A stretch of 64,000 nt of DNA from a virus. Numbering within the stretch: position 1 is the stretch's first letter; the number at the start of each line of letters is the position of its first letter. The position numbers and the translations under genes are program-made. The stretch covers positions 1-64,000 of IMG/VR virus record IMGVR_UViG_3300048813_000107. The stretch is one strand, 5' to 3'. The notes under the pieces were generated by a model, which was given only the letters and a program-made list of their open reading frames with translations, had not been told where the DNA came from and made no database searches. This document shows, one piece after another, positions 46,031 through 54,438 of this stretch.

Positions 46031-46098
46031 GGGGCGCTACCCCCCGCCGTCATCTCCGGGCAGCCCTCGCTGCGTGAATGAAGTCCCGCAACGCGTCT

Positions 46099-46758
46099 TT
46101 ACCGGATGCCGTACCAGAGCTTGCTCGCGGACAGCGCCCACGACGTGCCCCATGCCAGCGTGGTCGTCGCGCCGATGGTGGTCGGCGCACCTGAGGTCAG
46201 GACCGCCGAGTTCAGCGTGGGGACCGTGGCCGACAGCGAGCAGTTCGGGTTCATCACCGCAGCGCCCACCGACCCGGTAGCCGTCGCGGTCACGGCCGGC
46301 ATCGACGGGGTGGTCGCCGTGTGCTCCTGGAAGACGTAGTAGTAGCCCGGGGTCAGCGCCACCGGGGTCACCCACGGGACCGAGGTCAGGCCGTTGGCGG
46401 TGATGAGCGCGTGGGACTCCGCCGTCCAGGCCACCGGGCCGACGCCGGTGGCGGTGTACAGCCCCCAGATGGAGTTGGACGGGGAGCCGTAGGCGGTGAA
46501 GATCACGTCCAGGTAGGTGCTGGTGCCGGAGACGGGGACGTAGACGCGGGTCAGGTAGCCGTAGGCGGTCGTCAGGACCACGGCGGTCGGGGAGAGAATC
46601 TCCGTGTTGACCGACTGGCCGAGGTAGCCGCCGGCTACGGCCTGGGTGCTGACACCCGACTCCGCGACGATGAGGCCGGCGACGGACTGGGGCAGCGGGG
46701 ACGTCGAGTTGATCGTGTTCGGGTAGCCGGCGATGAGGCCGTCGTTGTTGTTGCCCAC
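46099..46758 (-). CDS. Putative head decoration/fibre protein
   Basis: Beta-rich; shares domain pattern with fibre C-termini. Confidence 0.65.
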   Translation of the reverse strand: MGNNNDGLIAGYPNTINSTSPLPQSVAGLIVAESGVSTQAVAGGYLGQSVNTEILSPTAVVLTTAYGYLTRVYVPVSGTSTYLDVIFTAYGSPSNSIWGLYTATGVGPVAWTAESHALITANGLTSVPWVTPVALTPGYYYVFQEHTATTPSMPAVTATATGSVGAAVMNPNCSLSATVPTLNSAVLTSGAPTTIGATTTLAWGTSWALSASKLWYGIR

Positions 46759-46815
46759 AGGGGACCTCCAGGAGTGCTGTCAGGTTGATGTGTCCGGGCA
46801 GGTCCCGGGGTGGCG

Positions 46816-47148
46816 CTACTTCGCTGCAGTGGCGGCCCTGGGGGCGGCCTTGGCGGTCTCCGGTGCACTGTCCGCGGCACCGGCCTTCCTTGCCAGGCTG
46901 ACGAGCTCGCCGATGGCGGCGTAGAGCGTGGCCGGGTCACGCTGGCGGGCGGTCTCGTCGCCGTGGAGGCGCTCGGAGCGCTCGTCCTCGGTCTCCCAGA
47001 TCTTCTTGCCGCGGTGGTGGAAGCTGTGCATCTCATCCGACAGCTCGTCCGGCAGGTCGAAGCCGCCGTGATCCGGGTCGGCCGCGAAGTTGCCCCAGAC
47101 GGGGTGGTCGATGACTGCCCGGGGTGCCCCGAGCGGGTACAGGCGCAT
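46816..47148 (-). CDS. Hypothetical protein after capsid gene
   Basis: AAGGA RBS. Confidence 0.75.
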   Translation of the reverse strand: MRLYPLGAPRAVIDHPVWGNFAADPDHGGFDLPDELSDEMHSFHHRGKKIWETEDERSERLHGDETARQRDPATLYAAIGELVSLARKAGAADSAPETAKAAPRAATAAK

Positions 47149-47236
47149 GGTGCATTCCTTTGGTTGCCTGCCGTTACCGCCCCCGGCGCGGAGCAGCAGC
47201 GCCGGAGGCGGTACGGGCCTGGTGATGGGTGCGGCT

Positions 47237-48733
47237 TTACCCCACGTTTGAGATGACCGCCTGGGCTACCGGAGCCCGGTTGATGAAGGCGGAGTTCGTG
47301 CGGATCTCGAACTCCTTGCGCGGACCCCCGCCCTTGACGTTGGCGACGCGGGAGATCCCGTAGTCGAACTGCGCCATGTCGCGCAGGCAGCGGACCTCGA
47401 ACACGGAGCTGATGTTCGCCTGCGGGAACGGGACCCGGTCCATCCGGCCGATGATCGTGCCGGGCGGGAGGGAGACGTCGACCTCGATGGGTACGTCGAT
47501 GCCGCCGGCGGGCGCGTTGATGATGTTCCCGACCCGGCCGCCCGCGGTGACGTTGATACGGCCGGAGCTGTCGGTGTTCAGGAACGTGGTCGCCGAGCTT
47601 GCCCCGAGGACGAGATTGGCCATCTCCTGGGCCTGCGCCGCGTTCACCATGACCGCGGTCGGGGACGCCTTGACCTGGTTGAACAGGGTCATGAAGATGT
47701 ATTCCTGGACCTCGTTGATGGTGCCGCCGCTCAGGGTCAGCGCCGCGCCGTTGAGGCTGGTCCAGATGGACGGGTTGGCGGTGCCCGTTCCGGGCTGGAC
47801 CCACTGGCCCACGCCGTTGTAATCGCCGCTCAGGGACGCGAGCAGCCCGTCATAGTCGTTGGCGAAACCGCTGCCGTTGTCGGCCGCGGAGTTGTAGGTC
47901 GGGACGCCGGTGACGCCCTGCCACAACTTGCTCAGGTCCGGCAGGGTGGTCGGCAGCGCGTTGCTGCTGGACAGGACCGACGTCATCGTGACCGTGTTCG
48001 TGGTCGTCGTGCCGTAGTAATACCAGGTGACGCCGTTGGACGACTGGAACCAGTCGTAGCAGACGGCGCCCCGGACGGCGGCCGTGGTGGCCAGGACCGA
48101 GTTGGTAGTACCGCCCGAGAAGGTGGTGTGCGCGGAAGCGCCCTGAGAGTTGCCGTTGCCGTAGAAGTAGCCCGAGCCGGTCCGGGCCGCCACGCCGGTG
48201 TACACCTCGACGTTGGTGATGGTGCCGCCCGTGGACACCTGGGTCAGGGTCGGGGCGGTCGCCGCGGCCAGCGGGAACGACTGGGCGGTGAGCAGCTGCC
48301 GGTCTTCCGCGATCAGCATCTGGTTCATCACGTTGAAGGTTTCAACGGCATACGGATCGGCGTAACCGGACGCCAGGTCGTAGGCGTCCTGGGTGACCAG
48401 GCCGGAGTAGGCCAGCGGCTTGTAGCGGGCCTGGAAGTCCTGCTCTTCGATGTTGATCTCGTTGCCCGCGAAGTCGAAGCCGGGCGCCGGGGACGGCTGG
48501 GTGTTGTTGACGTTCATGATCGCGCGCCACACGGCGAACGGGTTGCCCTGCTTGGCCTTGGTGCGGGCCACGCGGTCACGCCACGGGGTGACGACCGGGA
48601 TCAGGCTGACCAGCTCGGACAGGTCATAGCCGTAGATGCCGGTGTCGTTGTAAATACCAGCCTCAGTGGCCTTCTGGACGCTGACGATGGCGTCGATGGT
48701 CTCCTGGGTGAGACCGTCAAGCGTTGCGGTCAC
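47237..48733 (-). CDS. Major capsid protein with inserted Ig/FN3-like domain
   Basis: AAAGGAGG RBS; LIPVVTPWRDRVAR, DYDGLL, FINRAP..AVISNV; position after scaffold. Confidence 0.85.
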   Translation of the reverse strand: MTATLDGLTQETIDAIVSVQKATEAGIYNDTGIYGYDLSELVSLIPVVTPWRDRVARTKAKQGNPFAVWRAIMNVNNTQPSPAPGFDFAGNEINIEEQDFQARYKPLAYSGLVTQDAYDLASGYADPYAVETFNVMNQMLIAEDRQLLTAQSFPLAAATAPTLTQVSTGGTITNVEVYTGVAARTGSGYFYGNGNSQGASAHTTFSGGTTNSVLATTAAVRGAVCYDWFQSSNGVTWYYYGTTTTNTVTMTSVLSSSNALPTTLPDLSKLWQGVTGVPTYNSAADNGSGFANDYDGLLASLSGDYNGVGQWVQPGTGTANPSIWTSLNGAALTLSGGTINEVQEYIFMTLFNQVKASPTAVMVNAAQAQEMANLVLGASSATTFLNTDSSGRINVTAGGRVGNIINAPAGGIDVPIEVDVSLPPGTIIGRMDRVPFPQANISSVFEVRCLRDMAQFDYGISRVANVKGGGPRKEFEIRTNSAFINRAPVAQAVISNVG

Positions 48734-48760
48734 GGGATGCCTCCTTTCAGGGGGCATGCG

Positions 48761-48791
48761 AAAGCCCCGCGCGCTCAGGCGTCACGGGGCT
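48761..48791 (-). terminator. Hairpin with short U tract between scaffold and capsid genes
   Basis: AGCCCCG...CGGGGCT followed by TTC on - strand. Confidence 0.45.
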
Positions 48792-48807
48792 GGAGAGTTC
48801 CGGGGGG

Positions 48808-50940
48808 TTAAGGGGCGGCGACGGCAGGCGACTGCGGGTTAGCGCGGATCTGCGCCAGCTTGGTGACGGCCATCAGTTCCATCTCGTGGAAGGCCTTCGC
48901 CTGCTCGGGGCCGGAGCCGTGATAGAGGGTCTCCCTCAGTTCCGCGGCCTTGGCCACGTCGACCGGGGCCGCGCCCTGGTCCTGGCCGCGCAGCTGACTC
49001 GCTGGCGGCACCTGGCCGTTCGTGAACACCTTCGGTGCCGCTTCGCTGTTCTCCACCGTCACCAGGCGGGCCTTCAGCGTCTCGACCTGCTCGCTGAGCC
49101 CGGCGACATCAGCCTGCTTGGCGATGTCCTGTGCCGGGCCCTGCGTGCCGAACGCTGCTGCCACTGCCTTCGCGACGATGCTCTCCAGCACCGCGTACCT
49201 GTCGCTGTCACTGCTCTTCGCGACCGTGCCGTCAGGGTCGACGGCATCAGCCGGGGTTCCGGTCTCCGCTGGGGGAGCCGGGGTCATGTCAGCAGGATCG
49301 GCCGCGGGGGCCGCATCCGCTGCCGGGTCGTCGCCGTCTGCGGCGGCCGCGGGCTTGCCGGCGCCGGTCACGGGCTGGATCGCATCCGGGGCCACGATGC
49401 CGATCAGGTCGCCGTTCTGGTCGAACACGGCCTGCATCGGCGCCTTCTCCCCGTCGGCCTTGGCGACCTGCTGCACGATCTCCGCCGCGCTGGTGACGCC
49501 GATGAGGCGCCGCTCCTGGTCATAGACGAGGGCGAGCGCGGACTTCAGCACCTCGCGGCCGGGCAGGTCACCGGGGAGCGGCTTGACGTCGCCGCCCTTC
49601 GGGGTGCCCATGCCGGCAGTGCCTCCCGCGTTCACGGGGCCGGTGTCCTTCGCCTGCTCGTCGGCGTCCGCCTTGGCGACCTGCGCGGGCGCGGTTACGG
49701 TAGCGGTCACGGCCGCCTCCTTCTGCTTGGCGACGGGCTGGCCGTCATCGGTGACAGGGGCTTGCGGCAGCGAGGAAAGGACCGTGGTCAGCCTCTGCGC
49801 CGCCTCGCGGATGTGCGTCTCGTTCGCGGAGGACAGGACCCGGCCGGACTTCGCGACCGCGCACAGGCCCTCGACGGTGACGAGCGGCGCAGGATCGAAC
49901 GCGGCCATGGCCTTGCCGATCGCTTCCAGCGCCTCGCCGCCGAGATCCGCCTCAGCCTGCTCGTCGGCCGCATACACGGCCAGCTCGCTGATCACGTAGT
50001 CCACGGCGCACATGGCGTCCTCGAGGTCGAACGCGTTCTCGATGTCGTCCGGGTCAGCGGAAGCGGCCTCGAGCATCTCCCGCTCGGCCAGGACACCGAG
50101 GGCGTTCTTCAGGCGGACCGCGATGGACGTCCACTTCTGGGCGGTGGCCGCGTCGATGGCCTCCCATGCGGGACTGCCGGGGTCGGCGGGGTCGCCGGGG
50201 GCATCCTCATCGGGGGCGGCCAGCGGGACTGTGGGGTCCATGCCGTCGACACCGGTGTCGAGCTCGGGGCCAACGTCCTTGGCCACGGTCGCTGTCTTGG
50301 ACACTGACGCCTCCTTGAGGCTGCCGTCGGCTGCCCAGTTGTCGGGGATCTCGCCGGACGCGCCGAGCGCCCTGGCGCGCTTGATGACGTACTTCCGGAT
50401 CGCGTCGTGGCCAGCACCGCCCCGGCCCACCGCGTGGATTGCGTTGCCCAGGTCTGCGGTGTCGCCGACCGGGTAGCTGTAGCTGCCGTCCGGGTTCTTG
50501 AAGGCGCGGCCCTTGGCGCCCATCGCCTTGAGGTCGTCGGCGCTGTACTTGCCCTTGAGGATCCCCGTCGCCATGCCGGCCATCGCCGTGTCGACGCCTG
50601 CGAGCGAGACCTTCAGCTCGTCCGCGAGGCCGGCGCCGATCCGCTGCCCCCCGGTGAGGCTGGCACGCTGCGAGGCCTTATGGATGAAAGCGGCCATTGC
50701 GGCCGGGCTGCCGGTCATCGTCACCGGCCCGTCGCTCGCAGGCTCGGGCTTGGCGTCGGGTTCGGCCTGCTTGCCGATCAGCTCGCGGACCATGCCGGGG
50801 GGGACGAGGCCGCGGGAGTCTTCGGCCTGCTTGGCGATCAGCCACCGTCCGACGCCGTTAGCGCCCTTGCCTACCGCGTCGACACGATCACAGTCAAAAT
50901 CGACCAGCTCGGTCAGCTCGTCGTCATCAAGGTCGGGCAT
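48808..50940 (-). CDS. Scaffold/capsid-maturation protein with DUF6582-like domain
   Basis: RVDAVGKGANG; DGSYSYPV..DLGNAI..IIKRARALG-like segment; GRVLSSANE; acidic, VAK repeats. Confidence 0.75.
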   Translation of the reverse strand: MPDLDDDELTELVDFDCDRVDAVGKGANGVGRWLIAKQAEDSRGLVPPGMVRELIGKQAEPDAKPEPASDGPVTMTGSPAAMAAFIHKASQRASLTGGQRIGAGLADELKVSLAGVDTAMAGMATGILKGKYSADDLKAMGAKGRAFKNPDGSYSYPVGDTADLGNAIHAVGRGGAGHDAIRKYVIKRARALGASGEIPDNWAADGSLKEASVSKTATVAKDVGPELDTGVDGMDPTVPLAAPDEDAPGDPADPGSPAWEAIDAATAQKWTSIAVRLKNALGVLAEREMLEAASADPDDIENAFDLEDAMCAVDYVISELAVYAADEQAEADLGGEALEAIGKAMAAFDPAPLVTVEGLCAVAKSGRVLSSANETHIREAAQRLTTVLSSLPQAPVTDDGQPVAKQKEAAVTATVTAPAQVAKADADEQAKDTGPVNAGGTAGMGTPKGGDVKPLPGDLPGREVLKSALALVYDQERRLIGVTSAAEIVQQVAKADGEKAPMQAVFDQNGDLIGIVAPDAIQPVTGAGKPAAAADGDDPAADAAPAADPADMTPAPPAETGTPADAVDPDGTVAKSSDSDRYAVLESIVAKAVAAAFGTQGPAQDIAKQADVAGLSEQVETLKARLVTVENSEAAPKVFTNGQVPPASQLRGQDQGAAPVDVAKAAELRETLYHGSGPEQAKAFHEMELMAVTKLAQIRANPQSPAVAAP

Positions 50941-50978
50941 CGCTCACCCCTGCTCTGGTCGTGGGACGATCGGGGGCT

Positions 50979-51377
50979 ATGAGCGAGTACGGGATTGAGC
51001 TTTACGACCTGGAGCCTCCGGTTGACCGCCGCATGCAGCCCGCATATTCGCCGCTGCGAAACCCCTGGCGGGGTCCCCGGCCGCCGCAGCCTCGCTGGTC
51101 GCCGCCGCCGCTGCCGGACGGATTCGCCCGCGTTGAGCTTGAGGACGACTACGAGACCGGGCCGCAGTTCGCGGACTGGAGCGCCGAGGAGGCCGGGCAT
51201 CCGTCGCGGGTCTTCGATATCCCTGCCGAGCAGCACGAGCGGTGGGCGGGCGCCGTTGCTGCCTACTCTGCGATGCAGGAAGAGATCGAGGCGCTGCGCG
51301 AGGAGCGGCTGCGCACGCCCGGGTGGGCGCTGTCTGGCTGGGTGCGCAAGGACAAGCCCTATCAGGCGCAGCCGTGA
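50979..51377 (+). CDS. Antisense inserted gene, hypothetical
   Basis: GACGAT-8nt-ATG. Confidence 0.65.
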   Translation: MSEYGIELYDLEPPVDRRMQPAYSPLRNPWRGPRPPQPRWSPPPLPDGFARVELEDDYETGPQFADWSAEEAGHPSRVFDIPAEQHERWAGAVAAYSAMQEEIEALREERLRTPGWALSGWVRKDKPYQAQP

Positions 51378-51670
51378 GCAGCGGACATGCCGACCTGAGC
51401 CGGTTCCTATCCGAAGGCTGCACGGAGTGCGGGACGCCGGGATACCAGCGGCACCTCAGCGCGGTCAATGGGTGCGCTACCTGCGCGGCGGAAGATCCCC
51501 GGCCGGTTCACATCCCGGTGCGGGACGTCATCGGGACCGTGCTGGTCCGATCCATGCGGAGTGCGACCGAAGTGGCGTTCCCGCCGCCGAGGACACGCGA
51601 GCCCGTGCGCTCGTGCTACCGGATGGCCAGCGGGGCGATGGTCCACGTCAAGCCGGACTGCCGGTGCTAG
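51374..51670 (+). CDS. Antisense Cys-rich hypothetical protein
   Basis: GTGA coupling; CTEC, CATC, HVKPDCRC. Confidence 0.6.
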   Translation: MSSGHADLSRFLSEGCTECGTPGYQRHLSAVNGCATCAAEDPRPVHIPVRDVIGTVLVRSMRSATEVAFPPPRTREPVRSCYRMASGAMVHVKPDCRC

Positions 51671-51882
51671 CCGTAGGGGAAGGCGCGAAGGAGTGCCAGA
51701 CCTGCTTCCGGTACCGGCCCCGTGGCGAGTTCGAGCTGCCGATGGATGACGCGCGGCGGTTCGAGGCGAAGATCTGCCGCCGCTGCCGGGTGCTGCTGTG
51801 GGACGATCCGGACGACCCCTTCGAACGCGAGGCGGTCTTCATGGGCGACCCGCTGCCGGAAGCGCCTAAGCCGCCGGCCTGA
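51664..51882 (+). CDS. Antisense Cys-rich hypothetical protein
   Basis: CQTC, CRRC. Confidence 0.5.
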   Translation: MLAVGEGAKECQTCFRYRPRGEFELPMDDARRFEAKICRRCRVLLWDDPDDPFEREAVFMGDPLPEAPKPPA

Positions 51883-52246
51883 CGCGCCGCCGCCGGGCGG
51901 TTCCCTGAGGACTCCACCCGTTCAGGCGTCCGGCCTTGTGGAGCTCCCAGGCTTCCGGGCTGAGCACGGCACCGATGAGCCAGTCACCGGACTTGGCCAC
52001 GATGCCGTCCCCGAGATCCCAGTCCGGGCCGCGGTAGATGTACGACTCCACGACATCGGCGGCACCCTCGGTGCCGTCTACGTGGAACAGGCCGACCTTC
52101 CGGCCGCCGGTCAGGAACTTCCAGGCCGCTTTCTCCAGCTCGGCCGCGGTGAAGTAATCCCGGCCGCCGTCCGCGCCCTTGGTGATGCGGGGGTCGGGGC
52201 CGGCCTGGTAGGCGATCCCGAGGACGTAGCGCTGCTCGTCAGCCAT
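51866..52246 (-). CDS. XkdF-like prohead serine protease
   Basis: RYVLGIAY, ELEKAAWKF, GLFH, VVESYI, GDWLIG, NGWSPQG. Confidence 0.85.
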   Translation of the reverse strand: MADEQRYVLGIAYQAGPDPRITKGADGGRDYFTAAELEKAAWKFLTGGRKVGLFHVDGTEGAADVVESYIYRGPDWDLGDGIVAKSGDWLIGAVLSPEAWELHKAGRLNGWSPQGTARRRRVRPAA

Positions 52247-52279
52247 GGCCACCCCCTCGCGGTCGGGCATGATGGCGGG

Positions 52280-52609
52280 ATGAGTGGTGAGATTCGCCTG
52301 ATGCTCGACCCGGATGCCTGGAGCGCGGCCCAGGTCACGGAATTCGAGCGGCTGTGGTGGATCGACGGCCTCAGGCGGCGGTGGCGGCTCGTAACGGTCG
52401 GCGAGCAGTGGATCAGGCACACGTACCCGTCCGGCTTCCGCACCGGGCAGTGGGCACGCCTGGATCGCGTGACGATCCTCCGAGGGCGCACGTGCTACTG
52501 CGTCACATTCGAGGACGGCATACGGGATTACTGGGATCCGGCCAACGAGTACGAGTTCTTCCCGCCGAGCCACTTCACGGGACTGCTCGACATCCTCGAT
52601 GGCTGCTAG
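52280..52609 (+). CDS. Antisense inserted gene, hypothetical
   Basis: CATGAT-6nt-ATG. Confidence 0.65.
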   Translation: MSGEIRLMLDPDAWSAAQVTEFERLWWIDGLRRRWRLVTVGEQWIRHTYPSGFRTGQWARLDRVTILRGRTCYCVTFEDGIRDYWDPANEYEFFPPSHFTGLLDILDGC

Positions 52610-52632
52610 TTCAGCAGGCAGGCAGCGAAGAA

Positions 52633-54105
52633 CTAGGCCGGCACGACTTGACACCGGCACGACGGATGAGCAGGCGCATCAGCGTCTCCGCTGGGGTACG
52701 CCTGACCCATCCTCACCCGGCCTGCCGCGGCGTTCAGCAGGCAGCCCGGGCACACATTCGATGCCGGGTCATTCAGCCATTCGCCGTACTGGATCTGCCG
52801 CAGCAGGTACAGCGCCAGCGCTGCGGCCCCGATCCCGATGACCAGCTGACCGAGCACTGACCCGCTGGAGTTATCCCGGTCGGCCAGGACCGCGACGAGG
52901 GACGCGCCGATCGCGACCGCGCCGAGCCCCGACGTAACGCCGTCGACCAGCGCCCGGCCGAGCCTGGTCATGTACCCGCCGGCCATCTGCTGCGCGGTCT
53001 CGTCCGAGGTGGCCAGAGCTGCGGACAGGCTAGCGCCGAGCCCGAGCGCTTCTACCCGCTGCTGCGCGGTGTTCGTGTCCCCCGGCTGCCAGCCGCCGAG
53101 ATCCGCGCTGCCGCCGTCGGTCATCGCCGCGGCCGAGGCCCCGCCGATCAGGTGAGCGTCAGCCAGGATGCCGGGTACCAGCGGCGCGATCACGGGCACG
53201 AGGTCCAGGCCCTGGCCGGCCAGCCACACCGCTGCGGCGTCGACAGCCTCACGCTTGCCCTGGTCGCCCTGCTCCTCGGCTGGGTGCTCCGCGATATAGG
53301 CGCGCGCTATCCGCTCGGCCTGGGCCTTCGTCAGCGCCCCGGAAAGAGCAGCGGCGAGGAGAGGCGCCCAGTGCCCGACGGCCTGGAGGTCCAGGTCCCA
53401 GCCGGGCCAGTGGCGGGCCTTACGGCCTTTTGGGACGCTCGGTGCGCCGCCTCCACCGCCGTTCGTGATAGCGGACTTGGCCACGTCACCGTCCGGGTAG
53501 TCACCATGGAACGGGTCTATGCGCGCCATCCCGCAGTACCAGCAGCACGGGGAATCGCCGTCCGGCCGGAACGCGTGGCTGCCGTAGTCCTGGCCGTCCG
53601 GGTAGGCCTTGGCTATCGCCGCCATCTTGCCGCTGACAGACGCGCCGTCATCGTGGCTGATCGATCCGTCAGCGTGCTGCCAGCCGTTCATCTCGTCGTA
53701 CACGACCGGGGTGCCGCACGGGCAGGTGGCCTCGTCGCCCTCATCCGGGCAGCCGAGAGCGGCTATCACGGCGTCGATGTCGGCCAGCAGCTCGGGACGT
53801 ACCGCAGGGTTGCCGGGCAGGTCGGCCGGGTTCCACCATGCAATCGTCTCCGTGCCCGAGCAGTCGCCGTCCGGGTCGGAACCGAGCTGGCGGTCGAAAA
53901 TGTCAAGGTCGGCCTCGCTGGCGATGGTGTAGACAAAGCCCTGGTAGATGCCGTTGGCGCTCGTCCAGGTGCCGGTCCACTCGCCGTCAGGGAAGTTGAG
54001 GCCGGTCTCTTCCTGCCATTCCCGTGTCGCGGCAGCGCGGGGTGATTCCGCGCCTTCGATGTGACCGCCGGGTATCTCGAACTTGCCCGCAGCAGGGTCA
54101 GGCAT
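52633..54105 (-). CDS. NUDIX (C-terminal part) plus MuF-like minor head protein
   Basis: Complete Nudix box GHIEGAESPRAAATREWQEETGL; MuF end VCPGC..N...PAHPSCRC. Confidence 0.85.
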   Translation of the reverse strand: MPDPAAGKFEIPGGHIEGAESPRAAATREWQEETGLNFPDGEWTGTWTSANGIYQGFVYTIASEADLDIFDRQLGSDPDGDCSGTETIAWWNPADLPGNPAVRPELLADIDAVIAALGCPDEGDEATCPCGTPVVYDEMNGWQHADGSISHDDGASVSGKMAAIAKAYPDGQDYGSHAFRPDGDSPCCWYCGMARIDPFHGDYPDGDVAKSAITNGGGGGAPSVPKGRKARHWPGWDLDLQAVGHWAPLLAAALSGALTKAQAERIARAYIAEHPAEEQGDQGKREAVDAAAVWLAGQGLDLVPVIAPLVPGILADAHLIGGASAAAMTDGGSADLGGWQPGDTNTAQQRVEALGLGASLSAALATSDETAQQMAGGYMTRLGRALVDGVTSGLGAVAIGASLVAVLADRDNSSGSVLGQLVIGIGAAALALYLLRQIQYGEWLNDPASNVCPGCLLNAAAGRVRMGQAYPSGDADAPAHPSCRCQVVPA

Positions 54106-54114
54106 GCGGCCCCC

Positions 54115-54438
54115 TCAGGCGTCGGCGCTCCCGTGGTGACCCAGGCCGCCGATAGCGAGCGCATCGTCGTTCGCGAACAGGGCCTTGATATCGGCCAGCG
54201 GCAGGCCGTCCAGCGTGATCCAGCAGGAACACAGCGCGGTTGCCGAACACATCTCGCCGCAGTCCTCGCAGCGCCACGGCGGACACTCGCCGCAATGCAG
54301 CGACGGGGACAGGTCGGTCGGGTCGTCCGAGAGCGAGTGCTTGACCGCGCCACAGTTCCGGCACGCCAGGATCGGCGTCAACGCCTGCTCGGCCGGGTCA
54401 AGCTGCTGCCACTCCCAGCCGTGGACCGGCTCATTCAT
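54115..54438 (-). CDS. Cys-rich gene inserted inside the NUDIX coding region
   Basis: CRNC, CGEC, CEDC, CSC; flanked by GCCTGA repeats. Confidence 0.7.
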   Translation of the reverse strand: MNEPVHGWEWQQLDPAEQALTPILACRNCGAVKHSLSDDPTDLSPSLHCGECPPWRCEDCGEMCSATALCSCWITLDGLPLADIKALFANDDALAIGGLGHHGSADA

